A stretch of 42,595 nucleotides of DNA from Candidatus Thalassarchaeaceae archaeon (GTDB lineage Archaea > Thermoplasmatota > Poseidoniia > MGIII > CG-Epi1), in the NCBI GenBank assembly GCA_963577905.1, contig CAUYZR010000002.1, positions 1 through 42,595 of the forward strand. Reading direction: 5' to 3'. Under the pieces are notes generated by a model, which saw only the letters and a program-made list of their open reading frames with translations, was not told where the DNA came from and made no database searches. Both the position numbers and the translations under genes were made by a program. The number at the start of each line of letters is the position of its first letter. Position 1 is the stretch's first letter. Shown one piece after another: positions 1 to 7,848 of this stretch.

Positions 1-633
1 CAGACCCCATAATATTTGATCTAAAGTGGCATAGTCAATCCCTAATTCATCCTCATCTGTTTGACCTTCCCATAACTCTGCTGTAGGCTTTCTATCTAAT
101 ATTCTCTTCGGAATATCTAAATCTTCGGCGAGGAGATAAACCTGTGACTTGTACAGGTCTCCCATAGGCAGAAAATCCGATGCACCATCCCCCCATTTAG
201 TATAATATCCAACCAGAAGTTCCGATTTATTAGAAGTACCCATAACCAAGGAATCTGAGTGAAAAGCTTCACCATACAGAAATGTCATCCGAACTCGTGA
301 ATGCAAATTGCCCTCAGATGCCTTGGATGAAAAGGTGGCTGTTGAGGCCTTGAATGACTCGACCACAGATGAAATATTTAATTGCTTAATATCAACTTTC
401 AAGGATTCAGCATGACTGGATGCCAATTCAACCGATTCAGTGTGGATGAATGGCATAACCAATCCTGTAACATTCTCACTTCCCAGAGCTGAAACTGCCA
501 AGGCAAGAGTAGTAGCGGAATCCACACCTCCGGATAGCCCTATAACAACACCTGTGACTCCAGCCTCTTTAACTCTGGTCTGGATAAACTTTTCAATTAT
601 CTTCTGTGTATCTGGAAGCAGTTTCACGTCCAC
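1..633 (-). CDS. nadE: NH3-dependent NAD+ synthetase (PP-loop ATPase); 3' end of the gene runs off the window start
   Basis: Not in the ORF track (no stop in window; GTG start at 633 or 627). My minus-strand translation gives ...AGVTGVVIGLSGGVDS (SGGxDS PP-loop, about nt 520-545). It also gives DIPKRILDRKPTAELWEGQTDEDELGIDYATLDQILWGL at nt 1-120. Both are diagnostic NadE blocks, and the frame is open over all 211 codons. Confidence 0.85.
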   Translation of the reverse strand, partial: MDVKLLPDTQKIIEKFIQTRVKEAGVTGVVIGLSGGVDSATTLALAVSALGSENVTGLVMPFIHTESVELASSHAESLKVDIKQLNISSVVESFKASTATFSSKASEGNLHSRVRMTFLYGEAFHSDSLVMGTSNKSELLVGYYTKWGDGASDFLPMGDLYKSQVYLLAEDLDIPKRILDRKPTAELWEGQTDEDELGIDYATLDQILWGL

Positions 634-690
634 TTCAGCAAGTGGGCCTTATTGAAATTTCGTAATAACATCTATTATTAATGGGTCTAA

Positions 691-1488
691 ATGGGTTCCA
701 TGCATTTAGCAATGGGTCAGGCTCCTATTGTTCTTGGAGACATCGAGAAAAATCTGGAGATAATGGAGGGGCTAATCTGTGAAGCACAAAAAGACGAAAA
801 ACAGAATATTGATCTCATCGCCTTTCCTGAGCTTTTCATAACTGGATACAATCTACGGGATAACTACAATGATGTCGCTGAGAAAATACCAGGTAAAGGA
901 AAAGCTCAATCGGGAATGTGTAAACTGGCTAAGACGTACAATATACATATCGTGACAGGAATTGTAGAAAAAGCCGGGAAATCACTGTTCAACTCTGCAA
1001 TCCTGATTGGACCTGAAGGCTATATTGGGCACTATCGTAAGCAATTCCTGCCTAATTTTGGTCCATTTGAAGAAAAGATATTCTTTGGAGAAGGTAACGG
1101 GACACCAGTTTTTGAAACTCCTTTCGGAAAAATTGGGATTCAAATCTGTTATGATATCTTCTTTCCGGAGACATCCATGGGTCTAGCACATAATGGAGCT
1201 GACTTAATCCTTAATCTAGCGGCGAGTCCAACTACTTCAAGGCCTTTATTCCACAGGGTACTACCTGCCAGAGCGATAGAAACAACCTGTTTCTATGCTT
1301 ATGTCAACAATGTTGGAACCCAAGGAAGTCTGACATTTGCGGGCGAGTCCACAATTGTTGATCCTAGAGGGAAAACTATAGCTGAGATTCCTGCTTTCGA
1401 GGAGGGAGTTATCGTTTGCGAAGTTTCTATTGAAGAACTGGATTCATACCGAGATGCCAGACCAGTCCTAAGAGATTCCAAAAAGTAA
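691..1488 (+). CDS. Carbon-nitrogen hydrolase (nitrilase superfamily) protein
   Basis: 265 aa. E-K-C triad blocks are present: FPELFITGY (Glu), HYRKQFLP (Lys), IGIQICYDIFFPE (nucleophile Cys). Divergent from nadE across a 57-nt spacer. Confidence 0.85.
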   Translation: MGSMHLAMGQAPIVLGDIEKNLEIMEGLICEAQKDEKQNIDLIAFPELFITGYNLRDNYNDVAEKIPGKGKAQSGMCKLAKTYNIHIVTGIVEKAGKSLFNSAILIGPEGYIGHYRKQFLPNFGPFEEKIFFGEGNGTPVFETPFGKIGIQICYDIFFPETSMGLAHNGADLILNLAASPTTSRPLFHRVLPARAIETTCFYAYVNNVGTQGSLTFAGESTIVDPRGKTIAEIPAFEEGVIVCEVSIEELDSYRDARPVLRDSKK

Positions 1489-1521
1489 GGGCTTATTATC
1501 AAGGCTCACTCGGATTACTCC

Positions 1522-2781
1522 ATGTTTGATGTGGCTGTAATTGGACAAGGGCCGGCTGGAGGAATGGCAGCCCTGCGTTTAGCTGAAGCTGGACATTCAG
1601 TTGTAGCCTTCGACCGTAAAAAGAGAGTTGGAGACCCAATCCATTGTGGTGAAGGTCTAGGTAAAATAGCTCTGGAACACACAAATTATCCTGTAGGTGA
1701 CTGGGCGATAAGGGAAGTAAAAGGTAACCGAATCAGGATGCCTAATGGAAAATCCGTTGGATTGATGTCTCCCGGATATTCTATACATCGCTGGGGCTTA
1801 GATAGCAAGATCTCGGATGATGCCGTAGCTGCCGGTACTGAAAGGCATGAGGGAATCAAGATATCAAAGGTAACCAAGGAAAATGGTTACTGGGACCTCT
1901 TCTCAAAGGATGGAGAAGTAGCAAAAGCCAAACAATTGGTAATTGCTGAAGGCAGAATTCCTAATATTGTAACGCAGGTTGGCCTGAAAGGCAACGATAA
2001 GTTGCGCCTTTTACCAGGCCTTCAATACAAATTCGAGATGAGTGACGTTGATTTTCCAGATAACGATTATTTTGATTTCTACATTGATCCAATGTATACT
2101 GATGGTTACGTCTGGGTATTCCCTCGAGACGGCACCTTCAATGTAGGGATTGTGGCTACCAATGGTGCCAAGGAAGGTCTGGAATATTTCTGTAGAGAAC
2201 ATATGAGTGTTGACCCTGAGAAGAGAATCCTGAACGATCTAGGAGACAAGCAGAATGGTGGACTTATTCCGAGAGACGGGCCAATCTCCCAATTTTCTAC
2301 CAAAGACGCTTACGTTGTCGGAGATTCTGCAGGACTGACGAACCCGATAACAAAGGGCGGCGTTCACGTCGGGATGTTATCTGGTGAATACGCTGCAATC
2401 GCTATCAGTAATGAATTGGGAAGTGGAAAGCTGGTACCGCCATCACATGCAATTAATCACCATGAATTAAGGGGACGATACTGGGAAAACTGTGGAGAAG
2501 CACTACATCCCGATTTAGAATCACACGTTTGGTATGATCGAATCCTGAAGAGGCAGCCCTGGACCAAACAGAAATTTGTAGACCAATCCAAATTAATCTA
2601 TTCTCTGGACAAGAGAGTTCTGAACTTGATAGGTGAGATCTATGATGGTAGAAACTATTCCGATCTACCATGGTTAAAGATGTTTACAGTATTGATTAAG
2701 AATCCAGATCTAGCGCCTTTAGCCGGAAAATTATTGAAGATCAAAGCTAGCCTGAAGATTACCGAAACCTATGGTTGGTAA
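1522..2781 (+). CDS. Geranylgeranyl reductase family FAD-dependent oxidoreductase (archaeal lipid saturation type)
   Basis: 419 aa. N-terminal dinucleotide fold DVAVIGQGPAGGMAALRLAEAGHSVVAFDRK followed by GDPIHCGEGL, the typical GGR/FixC-like N-terminus. Confidence 0.8.
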   Translation: MFDVAVIGQGPAGGMAALRLAEAGHSVVAFDRKKRVGDPIHCGEGLGKIALEHTNYPVGDWAIREVKGNRIRMPNGKSVGLMSPGYSIHRWGLDSKISDDAVAAGTERHEGIKISKVTKENGYWDLFSKDGEVAKAKQLVIAEGRIPNIVTQVGLKGNDKLRLLPGLQYKFEMSDVDFPDNDYFDFYIDPMYTDGYVWVFPRDGTFNVGIVATNGAKEGLEYFCREHMSVDPEKRILNDLGDKQNGGLIPRDGPISQFSTKDAYVVGDSAGLTNPITKGGVHVGMLSGEYAAIAISNELGSGKLVPPSHAINHHELRGRYWENCGEALHPDLESHVWYDRILKRQPWTKQKFVDQSKLIYSLDKRVLNLIGEIYDGRNYSDLPWLKMFTVLIKNPDLAPLAGKLLKIKASLKITETYGW

Positions 2782-3416
2782 CTAATCATAACTGAGGTCT
2801 GAACCGGATCGTATTTTCCATTCCCAAAGATTTCCAATTCAAAGAACTCATCTAATTTAACAGATTGACCTGTACAAATCTCTTCGTAGAATCCCTTCGG
2901 AACCGGATATGTTTGAAACTTATAGGATGAATCTGTGTAGATATTCGCCCCTATCCAAAGACAACCGCCTTTATTCAAAGATTTAATTATTCTACCAATA
3001 ATGAACCTCTGCTTATCTACTGTAAAGCATCCGATGACACCATACATTATGACTAGATCGAATTTATCCTTGGTGTTTTCCAGATATTGAATAATGTCCT
3101 CACGGAAGAAATTACCGTTCTTCATCTTCTTACGGCATTGATAGAGATTCAAACGACTCAAGTCGACACCATATGGGACTGCTCCTTTCTCTCTCTGGAG
3201 AAAATCCAGCATTGTACCTGTACCACATCCCAAATCCAGAACATTCTTCCCCTTCAAATTAAGAGAACCTCGGGAAACTGTTTCCTTGACCATATGCTCA
3301 AGATCTGAGGTGTTGAGCTTTAACCAGACAGCACCGTTACCTGTTATCAGATTGCGAATGGAATAAATATTCATCAAGAAACGAATATGGAAATAATTTT
3401 TGATTCGGGTGTACAT
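2769..3416 (-). CDS. Class I SAM-dependent methyltransferase
   Basis: 215 aa with motif I VLDLGCGTGTM. Its ATG shares one nt with the stop of the upstream PqqB-like gene (TAATG on the minus strand). Confidence 0.75.
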   Translation of the reverse strand: MYTRIKNYFHIRFLMNIYSIRNLITGNGAVWLKLNTSDLEHMVKETVSRGSLNLKGKNVLDLGCGTGTMLDFLQREKGAVPYGVDLSRLNLYQCRKKMKNGNFFREDIIQYLENTKDKFDLVIMYGVIGCFTVDKQRFIIGRIIKSLNKGGCLWIGANIYTDSSYKFQTYPVPKGFYEEICTGQSVKLDEFFELEIFGNGKYDPVQTSVMISYQP

Positions 3417-4267
3417 TACAATACAAACTCCATACCCTCAGTTCCGACTTCCCATCCCATTTCATTGACCTGCTGATACTGATCGGAATCGGGATAATGA
3501 AGAGGATTGGTATGATTGAGGTGAATGAATACTATTCGTGGATCGCCATCCTGACGGTTACCCAGTAATTCCATAGATTCAGAAACTGTAGGATGAGGAA
3601 CATTCGTCTGAACACGATTATTCAGTTCATTGTCATCCCAGAAGGTCCCGTCCAGAAGGATTATGTCTGCATTCAGAGACTGGAACCAACTTTTAGGATT
3701 ATCGTGATTCACAGAGAAAAGAGTAGCATCCCAAGTGTCATGATCTGGTAAGAACAGAAGATTGTTACTTATGCCTCTGAAAAACAAGGCATGTGTGTCG
3801 AAATCTTTAGCCCTGTGAGGGACCTTAATAGGAATTACAGTATCTGAAGTGTAAGCATCGAAAGAAAGATTATCTCTAGCAAATAACTTCGCCCAGATTG
3901 GATGCTTCTTCACGTAATTAAAGACTGAATCTGAACAATGAAGTCTGACATTCTTCAGATTGATTGACTCTCTACCAAACTGGCCTAATCCTTCGATATG
4001 GCCCAGATGGGCATGGGTCAACCATACATCTGAGATATCAGGATTGCCGACCATTGCCAGTTGGTCTCCAATGCAGCGAGTAGTTTCAACTATACCAAAA
4101 TCATTCCCGTGCAACCCAAGTGAAACCGGCATCCGGGTAAGACTTCTATCTTTACGTGCATCTTCACAACAATTATCGGTGCATCCAAACTGAGGTCGAC
4201 CTGCATCCTGTGCATTGCCTAACAGTGTTATTTTGCTGTACATCTCTGAAGTTCTTTCCTTAACCAC
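3416..4267 (-). CDS. PqqB-family metallo-beta-lactamase-fold protein
   Basis: 283 aa. The N-terminus ITLLGNAQDAGRPQFGCTDNCCEDARKDRSLTRMPVSLGL resembles the PqqB LGSAAGGGFPQWNC-NC-C--AR---RTQSS block. The MBL motif region is LTHAHLGHIEGL, and the C-terminal block is VFIHLNHTNP. The start may be the internal ATG at 4243. Confidence 0.7.
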   Translation of the reverse strand: MVKERTSEMYSKITLLGNAQDAGRPQFGCTDNCCEDARKDRSLTRMPVSLGLHGNDFGIVETTRCIGDQLAMVGNPDISDVWLTHAHLGHIEGLGQFGRESINLKNVRLHCSDSVFNYVKKHPIWAKLFARDNLSFDAYTSDTVIPIKVPHRAKDFDTHALFFRGISNNLLFLPDHDTWDATLFSVNHDNPKSWFQSLNADIILLDGTFWDDNELNNRVQTNVPHPTVSESMELLGNRQDGDPRIVFIHLNHTNPLHYPDSDQYQQVNEMGWEVGTEGMEFVL

Positions 4268-4887
4268 TCGCGGGGAAGTGCCCGTCCCAGACCTTCTTCT
4301 GTACGCTCAGGGTGCCACTGGACAGCAAACCATGGCAATGATTTGTGTTTTACAGCCTCAATCATCCCATCTGAACTCTTGGAAAGAACTTCGAGATCTC
4401 TTCCTAATTCTCTGACACCTTGATGATGATGACTAGTGACCTCGAATTCTGTGCCTTCCATCTCAGTCCAATGTGCAATATCTCCCACAGGAGGCTCACC
4501 TCCTTCGCCATCACGATGCAGGCCCCCGTCAAAACCCCCTTGGTTGATGTCAGGCCACAGGGTTCCTCCCAGAAATACATTCATAACTTGCATTCCACGG
4601 CAAATTCCTAGGACTGGAATTTTGTAATCATACGCTCTTTCAAGAAGCTGCCTTTCCAATTCATCCCGCTCTTCCTTGACACCTCCAATTGGTAGATCAT
4701 CTGTTTGATCCCCATAAGCCCCGCTCTTGATTCCCATATCTCCTCCTCCAGACAAAACCAGAACATCATAATTATCTAAATCTTCAGGAGATTCAATTCT
4801 TTCAGGATTACCTTCAGCCTCAGTAATAAACTTAGCATAACGAGGGAAATACCGTTCGTTGCCTAAAGTCAAAGCAGTTGATTTCAT
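4228..4887 (-). CDS. Class I glutamine amidotransferase-like / peptidase C26 (gamma-glutamyl hydrolase, PuuD-like)
   Basis: 219 aa with GICRGMQVMN (nucleophile Cys), HHHQGV and VQWHPE (His-Glu). Its 3' end overlaps the start of the PqqB-like gene. Confidence 0.8.
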   Translation of the reverse strand: MKSTALTLGNERYFPRYAKFITEAEGNPERIESPEDLDNYDVLVLSGGGDMGIKSGAYGDQTDDLPIGGVKEERDELERQLLERAYDYKIPVLGICRGMQVMNVFLGGTLWPDINQGGFDGGLHRDGEGGEPPVGDIAHWTEMEGTEFEVTSHHHQGVRELGRDLEVLSKSSDGMIEAVKHKSLPWFAVQWHPERTEEGLGRALPREWLRKELQRCTAK

Positions 4888-4939
4888 ACTATTAAGACAA
4901 AATAAGCCATGCTACTTTAGCCTCACGCTAAGATGATAA

Positions 4940-6082
4940 ATGCAATCATTCATAACCAGTATACCAAAAATGAAGAAATGGACAAATTTATCATATGCAA
5001 ATGTAGCAACAACATCGCCTAAAGCCCACCTAATCGCTTCTGAATGGGCCACCTCTTTAGCACGAGGCGGTGCTGCTGAATTCGATGCTGATGCCGAAAA
5101 AAAAGGTATGATTCCTCTTAGAAAGTCCACGGCAAACCTTCTAGAATGTCCAATTTCAGATGTATGTGTTAGCTCAAGTGCAACTGAACTACTAAGTTCA
5201 TTAGCGTGGGCAATAGCACCAAAAAAAAACAGTAATATTGTTTCTACAAGAGCTTCTTTTCCGTCTACCGTATACCCTTGGCAAAGAGTCTCAGATGAAT
5301 TTGGTGCAGAAATAAGGCTCGCACCACATAATGAAAATTATTACACTGAGCCTGAAGATATTCTAAGTTTAATCAATGATGATACTGCGGTAGTAACACT
5401 ATCACATGTAGAATATGCTTGTGGTCAACGTTATGATCTAAAATCATTCACTAAAGCAGCTCATGATGTTGAAGCATTATTCATAGTAGATGCAACACAA
5501 TCTATGGGGATGGTTCCAATAAATGCTAACGACTTAGGAGCTGATGCAATCGTTGCTTCAGGATACAAGTGGCTAAGAGGGACTTATGGTGCTGCTGTTG
5601 GCTATATTTCCCCAAAAATTCAATCTCTTTCACCTGGGATAATCGGTTTTCGAAGTCATAAAGATATTTGGAATATGAAGGCGGAACGATTAGAATTTCC
5701 TGATGATGCTAGTCGCTTTGAATTCACTACTATCCATTTCGGTGCTGCATTAGGGCTTGCTGCATCAATTGACGAAATAACAAATATTGGAATTCAGAAA
5801 GTCTGGGAATATGATATTGAATTGGCTAATATGTTGATTAAAGGTGCTTTAGCAAGCGGGCTCGAGATAGCTTCACCTACTAATGATAAGGAACGGAGTG
5901 CTATAGTTAGTATCATCATTCCTACTGGATTTGATACTGGAGATGTAGTACAACAATTACAAGAGGAATATGGAATTCTAGTTACAAATCGTTCTGGTTT
6001 TCTTAGAGTATCACCCCATATTGACAATACAACCGAACAAATTACTTTTTTCCTTGATTCTTTACAAGAAATCCTGAATTAG
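4940..6082 (+). CDS. Class V (fold-type I) PLP-dependent aminotransferase / cysteine desulfurase-like enzyme
   Basis: 380 aa with IVDATQSMG and SGYKWLRG (Schiff-base Lys). The real start is possibly the ATG at 4970 (MKKWTN...). The gene looks more AT-rich than its flanks. Confidence 0.7.
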   Translation: MQSFITSIPKMKKWTNLSYANVATTSPKAHLIASEWATSLARGGAAEFDADAEKKGMIPLRKSTANLLECPISDVCVSSSATELLSSLAWAIAPKKNSNIVSTRASFPSTVYPWQRVSDEFGAEIRLAPHNENYYTEPEDILSLINDDTAVVTLSHVEYACGQRYDLKSFTKAAHDVEALFIVDATQSMGMVPINANDLGADAIVASGYKWLRGTYGAAVGYISPKIQSLSPGIIGFRSHKDIWNMKAERLEFPDDASRFEFTTIHFGAALGLAASIDEITNIGIQKVWEYDIELANMLIKGALASGLEIASPTNDKERSAIVSIIIPTGFDTGDVVQQLQEEYGILVTNRSGFLRVSPHIDNTTEQITFFLDSLQEILN

Positions 6083-6690
6083 AACAAGTAAGGAAATAGA
6101 AGAATTCCTGCTACTGTAAACATTATTCCGGCAATAAATAAATCAATAATTTTCCATGATTCAGGATTATTCAATATTGGAGAAAGACGTTGGGCCCCAT
6201 ATCCCAATGAAAAGAAAAATACAAAGGATGCGGTAGCTGCACCCATCCCAAACATCAGTTTCTCGTCACCAACATAGCTGCTGGATGCACCGCCAATGAG
6301 TAGCAGAGTGTCCACGTACACATGCGGATTGAGATAAGTGAATGCCAGACCTGCCAAGATTGTCGGCCATAGGTCCTTGGATTCGCCTTCACCGATTTCT
6401 ATTCCCTTGGGATCAAAAGCTGATCTAATTCTCAAACACCCATAAAATATCAGAAACAGTGCTGCACCTACTGACATCCAGATTGCCAATTCCTCTATTT
6501 CCGAGATAAATAATCCAACACCCAAAACCCCTGCAGCAATTAACAAAGCATCGGAAATGGAACATATCAAACAAGCTGCAAAAACATGGGATCTCAGTAA
6601 TCCTTGCCTCAGTACGAAAACATTCTGTGGGCCAAGAGCTAGAATTAGTGAAATACTAATAAGAAAACCAGAAATAAAGGCTAATTCCAA
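6079..6690 (-). CDS. LysE/ArgO family amino-acid exporter
   Basis: 203 aa with a TTG start. N-terminal LGPQNVFVLRQG motif and multiple hydrophobic helices typical of the LysE family. Confidence 0.8.
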   Translation of the reverse strand: MELAFISGFLISISLILALGPQNVFVLRQGLLRSHVFAACLICSISDALLIAAGVLGVGLFISEIEELAIWMSVGAALFLIFYGCLRIRSAFDPKGIEIGEGESKDLWPTILAGLAFTYLNPHVYVDTLLLIGGASSSYVGDEKLMFGMGAATASFVFFFSLGYGAQRLSPILNNPESWKIIDLFIAGIMFTVAGILLFPYLF

Positions 6691-6695
6691 GATAT

Positions 6696-6812
6696 TTAGT
6701 CTGATTCCTCAGACTCATCATAATCCATGGGCACCCATTTTTCCTGTCCGGTTTTGGGGTCTTTGATCATCTTGACGGCCTTGCCCTTGATGAAAGCCTT
6801 GAAATCTACCAT
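6696..6812 (-). CDS. Possible small protein (38 aa) with acidic tail
   Basis: Below the track cutoff. My translation is MVDFKAFIKGKAVKMIKDPKTGQEKWVPMDYDESEESD*. The stop lies 5 nt before the LysE TTG start. A TATA-like CTAATATA sits about 22-29 nt upstream of the ATG on the minus strand. Confidence 0.3.
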   Translation of the reverse strand: MVDFKAFIKGKAVKMIKDPKTGQEKWVPMDYDESEESD

Positions 6813-6859
6813 ATTGTTGCATTGAAAGCGGTATATTAGCTTTTAATGCCCGCTTAAAG

Positions 6860-7525
6860 TCACTTTGTGTCTTTTATCAAATTGTTTCTCTTAACTTTGT
6901 ATTGAGCGTCATAAAAACGCTCGATTTCATTTTTATCAAACCAGAAGCTGTTGCATGGTTTGCACAGATCAATAGCAAGTTCTTGCCCGTGTATATCCAT
7001 TTCTTCTTGATTTTTTTTCCTTTTGGCTATATTGCCGGGAACTCTTAGTGCAGTTTCAGTTACGCCCACTGTTAAGCCAATTGCCGCGGCTGCTACAATA
7101 ATAACAGGAACAAACACAATTCCTTCACCCATATTGAGTGCATCGCCGTGCAAGAAGGTCTTTGCTATCTTTGAACCTAATCCTGTTGATTCCGAATATA
7201 TTTTATCATATTCTAATTTAATCTCCAACATTTCTTCAGAACAATTTGGACATTTCAAGTTCGTTTTTGTTTCACCATGAATTTTTTTTTCTATGAATCG
7301 TTTCAGTTGTTTTTCGCCTTTTATGAATTGCTGTGGATTTACGAATATTCCTTCACAGGTGTCACAGACTATTTTGATAGTCCATACATCGGATCTACGG
7401 TTCTCTTGAAGAGTACCAGTCAGGTTTCCACATCCTCTAGGGCAATTTAGCTGTTTAAGATTAGCCTCAGCTTCATTGCTTCCATGTTTCCACTTCCGAT
7501 ATTCTTCACTATCTTGATCTACCAT
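6860..7525 (-). CDS. Membrane protein with repeated zinc-ribbon modules (TFIIB-type zinc-finger-like)
   Basis: 221 aa. Cys pairs are CPRGC...CDTC and CPNC...CKPCNSFWFDKNEIERF (C-x2-C...W-x-D-x-x-E signature). The hydrophobic segment GIVFVPVIIVAAAAIGLTVGV lies between the halves of the second ribbon. Confidence 0.55.
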   Translation of the reverse strand: MVDQDSEEYRKWKHGSNEAEANLKQLNCPRGCGNLTGTLQENRRSDVWTIKIVCDTCEGIFVNPQQFIKGEKQLKRFIEKKIHGETKTNLKCPNCSEEMLEIKLEYDKIYSESTGLGSKIAKTFLHGDALNMGEGIVFVPVIIVAAAAIGLTVGVTETALRVPGNIAKRKKNQEEMDIHGQELAIDLCKPCNSFWFDKNEIERFYDAQYKVKRNNLIKDTK

Positions 7526-7576
7526 ATCCTTTCACACTGACGCCTCTGTTTAATTTAAGACTTCAGGCTTCCTTAT

Positions 7577-7714
7577 CCACCTACAAAATAGGGCCGTGTT
7601 GAGTCGAATAGCAGGTAAAATTACGTTAATATCAACGTAGCTATTAGGGTAATCAGTGGTCGTGTATAGTAATATGAGAAACATAAAGCCCGTTCTGACG
7701 ATAGGTGTTAGCTT
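7577..7714. repeat. 138-bp non-coding direct repeat, copy A
   Basis: By hand alignment it matches 9100-9237 with 10 mismatches and no gaps. It lies in the divergent intergenic region between the minus gene starting at 7525 and the plus gene at 7849. Confidence 0.9.
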
Positions 7715-7848
7715 ATATCGCTAGACGAGGGGAGTCAGGGGGGGTCCGACCCCTCAGTGTCTTTACTTTACATTCATTTCAGCTAAAGATGGAATCACTA
7801 AAATAGAAAGAATGTACTAGAATATAATTTAATAAATTTGTTATATAG

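Noticed and set aside
440-655. 71-aa plus-strand ORF in the track
   Set aside because: It lies entirely antisense to the well-supported nadE frame (SGGVDS PP-loop encoded on the opposite strand here). It has no motif and is probably a shadow ORF.
7577-7714. Small minus-strand ORFs inside the 138-bp repeats (46 aa in copy A, 42 aa in copy B, MF[LF]ILLYTTTDYPNSYVDI...)
   Set aside because: Between copies I count about 4 nonsynonymous against about 2 synonymous changes. Differences also occur upstream of the ATG, and the C-termini diverge completely once the repeat ends. The sequence looks non-protein-like, so I treat the repeat as non-coding.
7741-7753. GC-rich palindrome GGGGTCCGACCCC as a transcription terminator hairpin
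   Set aside because: As an RNA hairpin it would have a loop of at most about 1-5 nt with only 4-6 bp, and no following T-run. It is kept only as a possible recombination or protein-binding core in the repeat finding.
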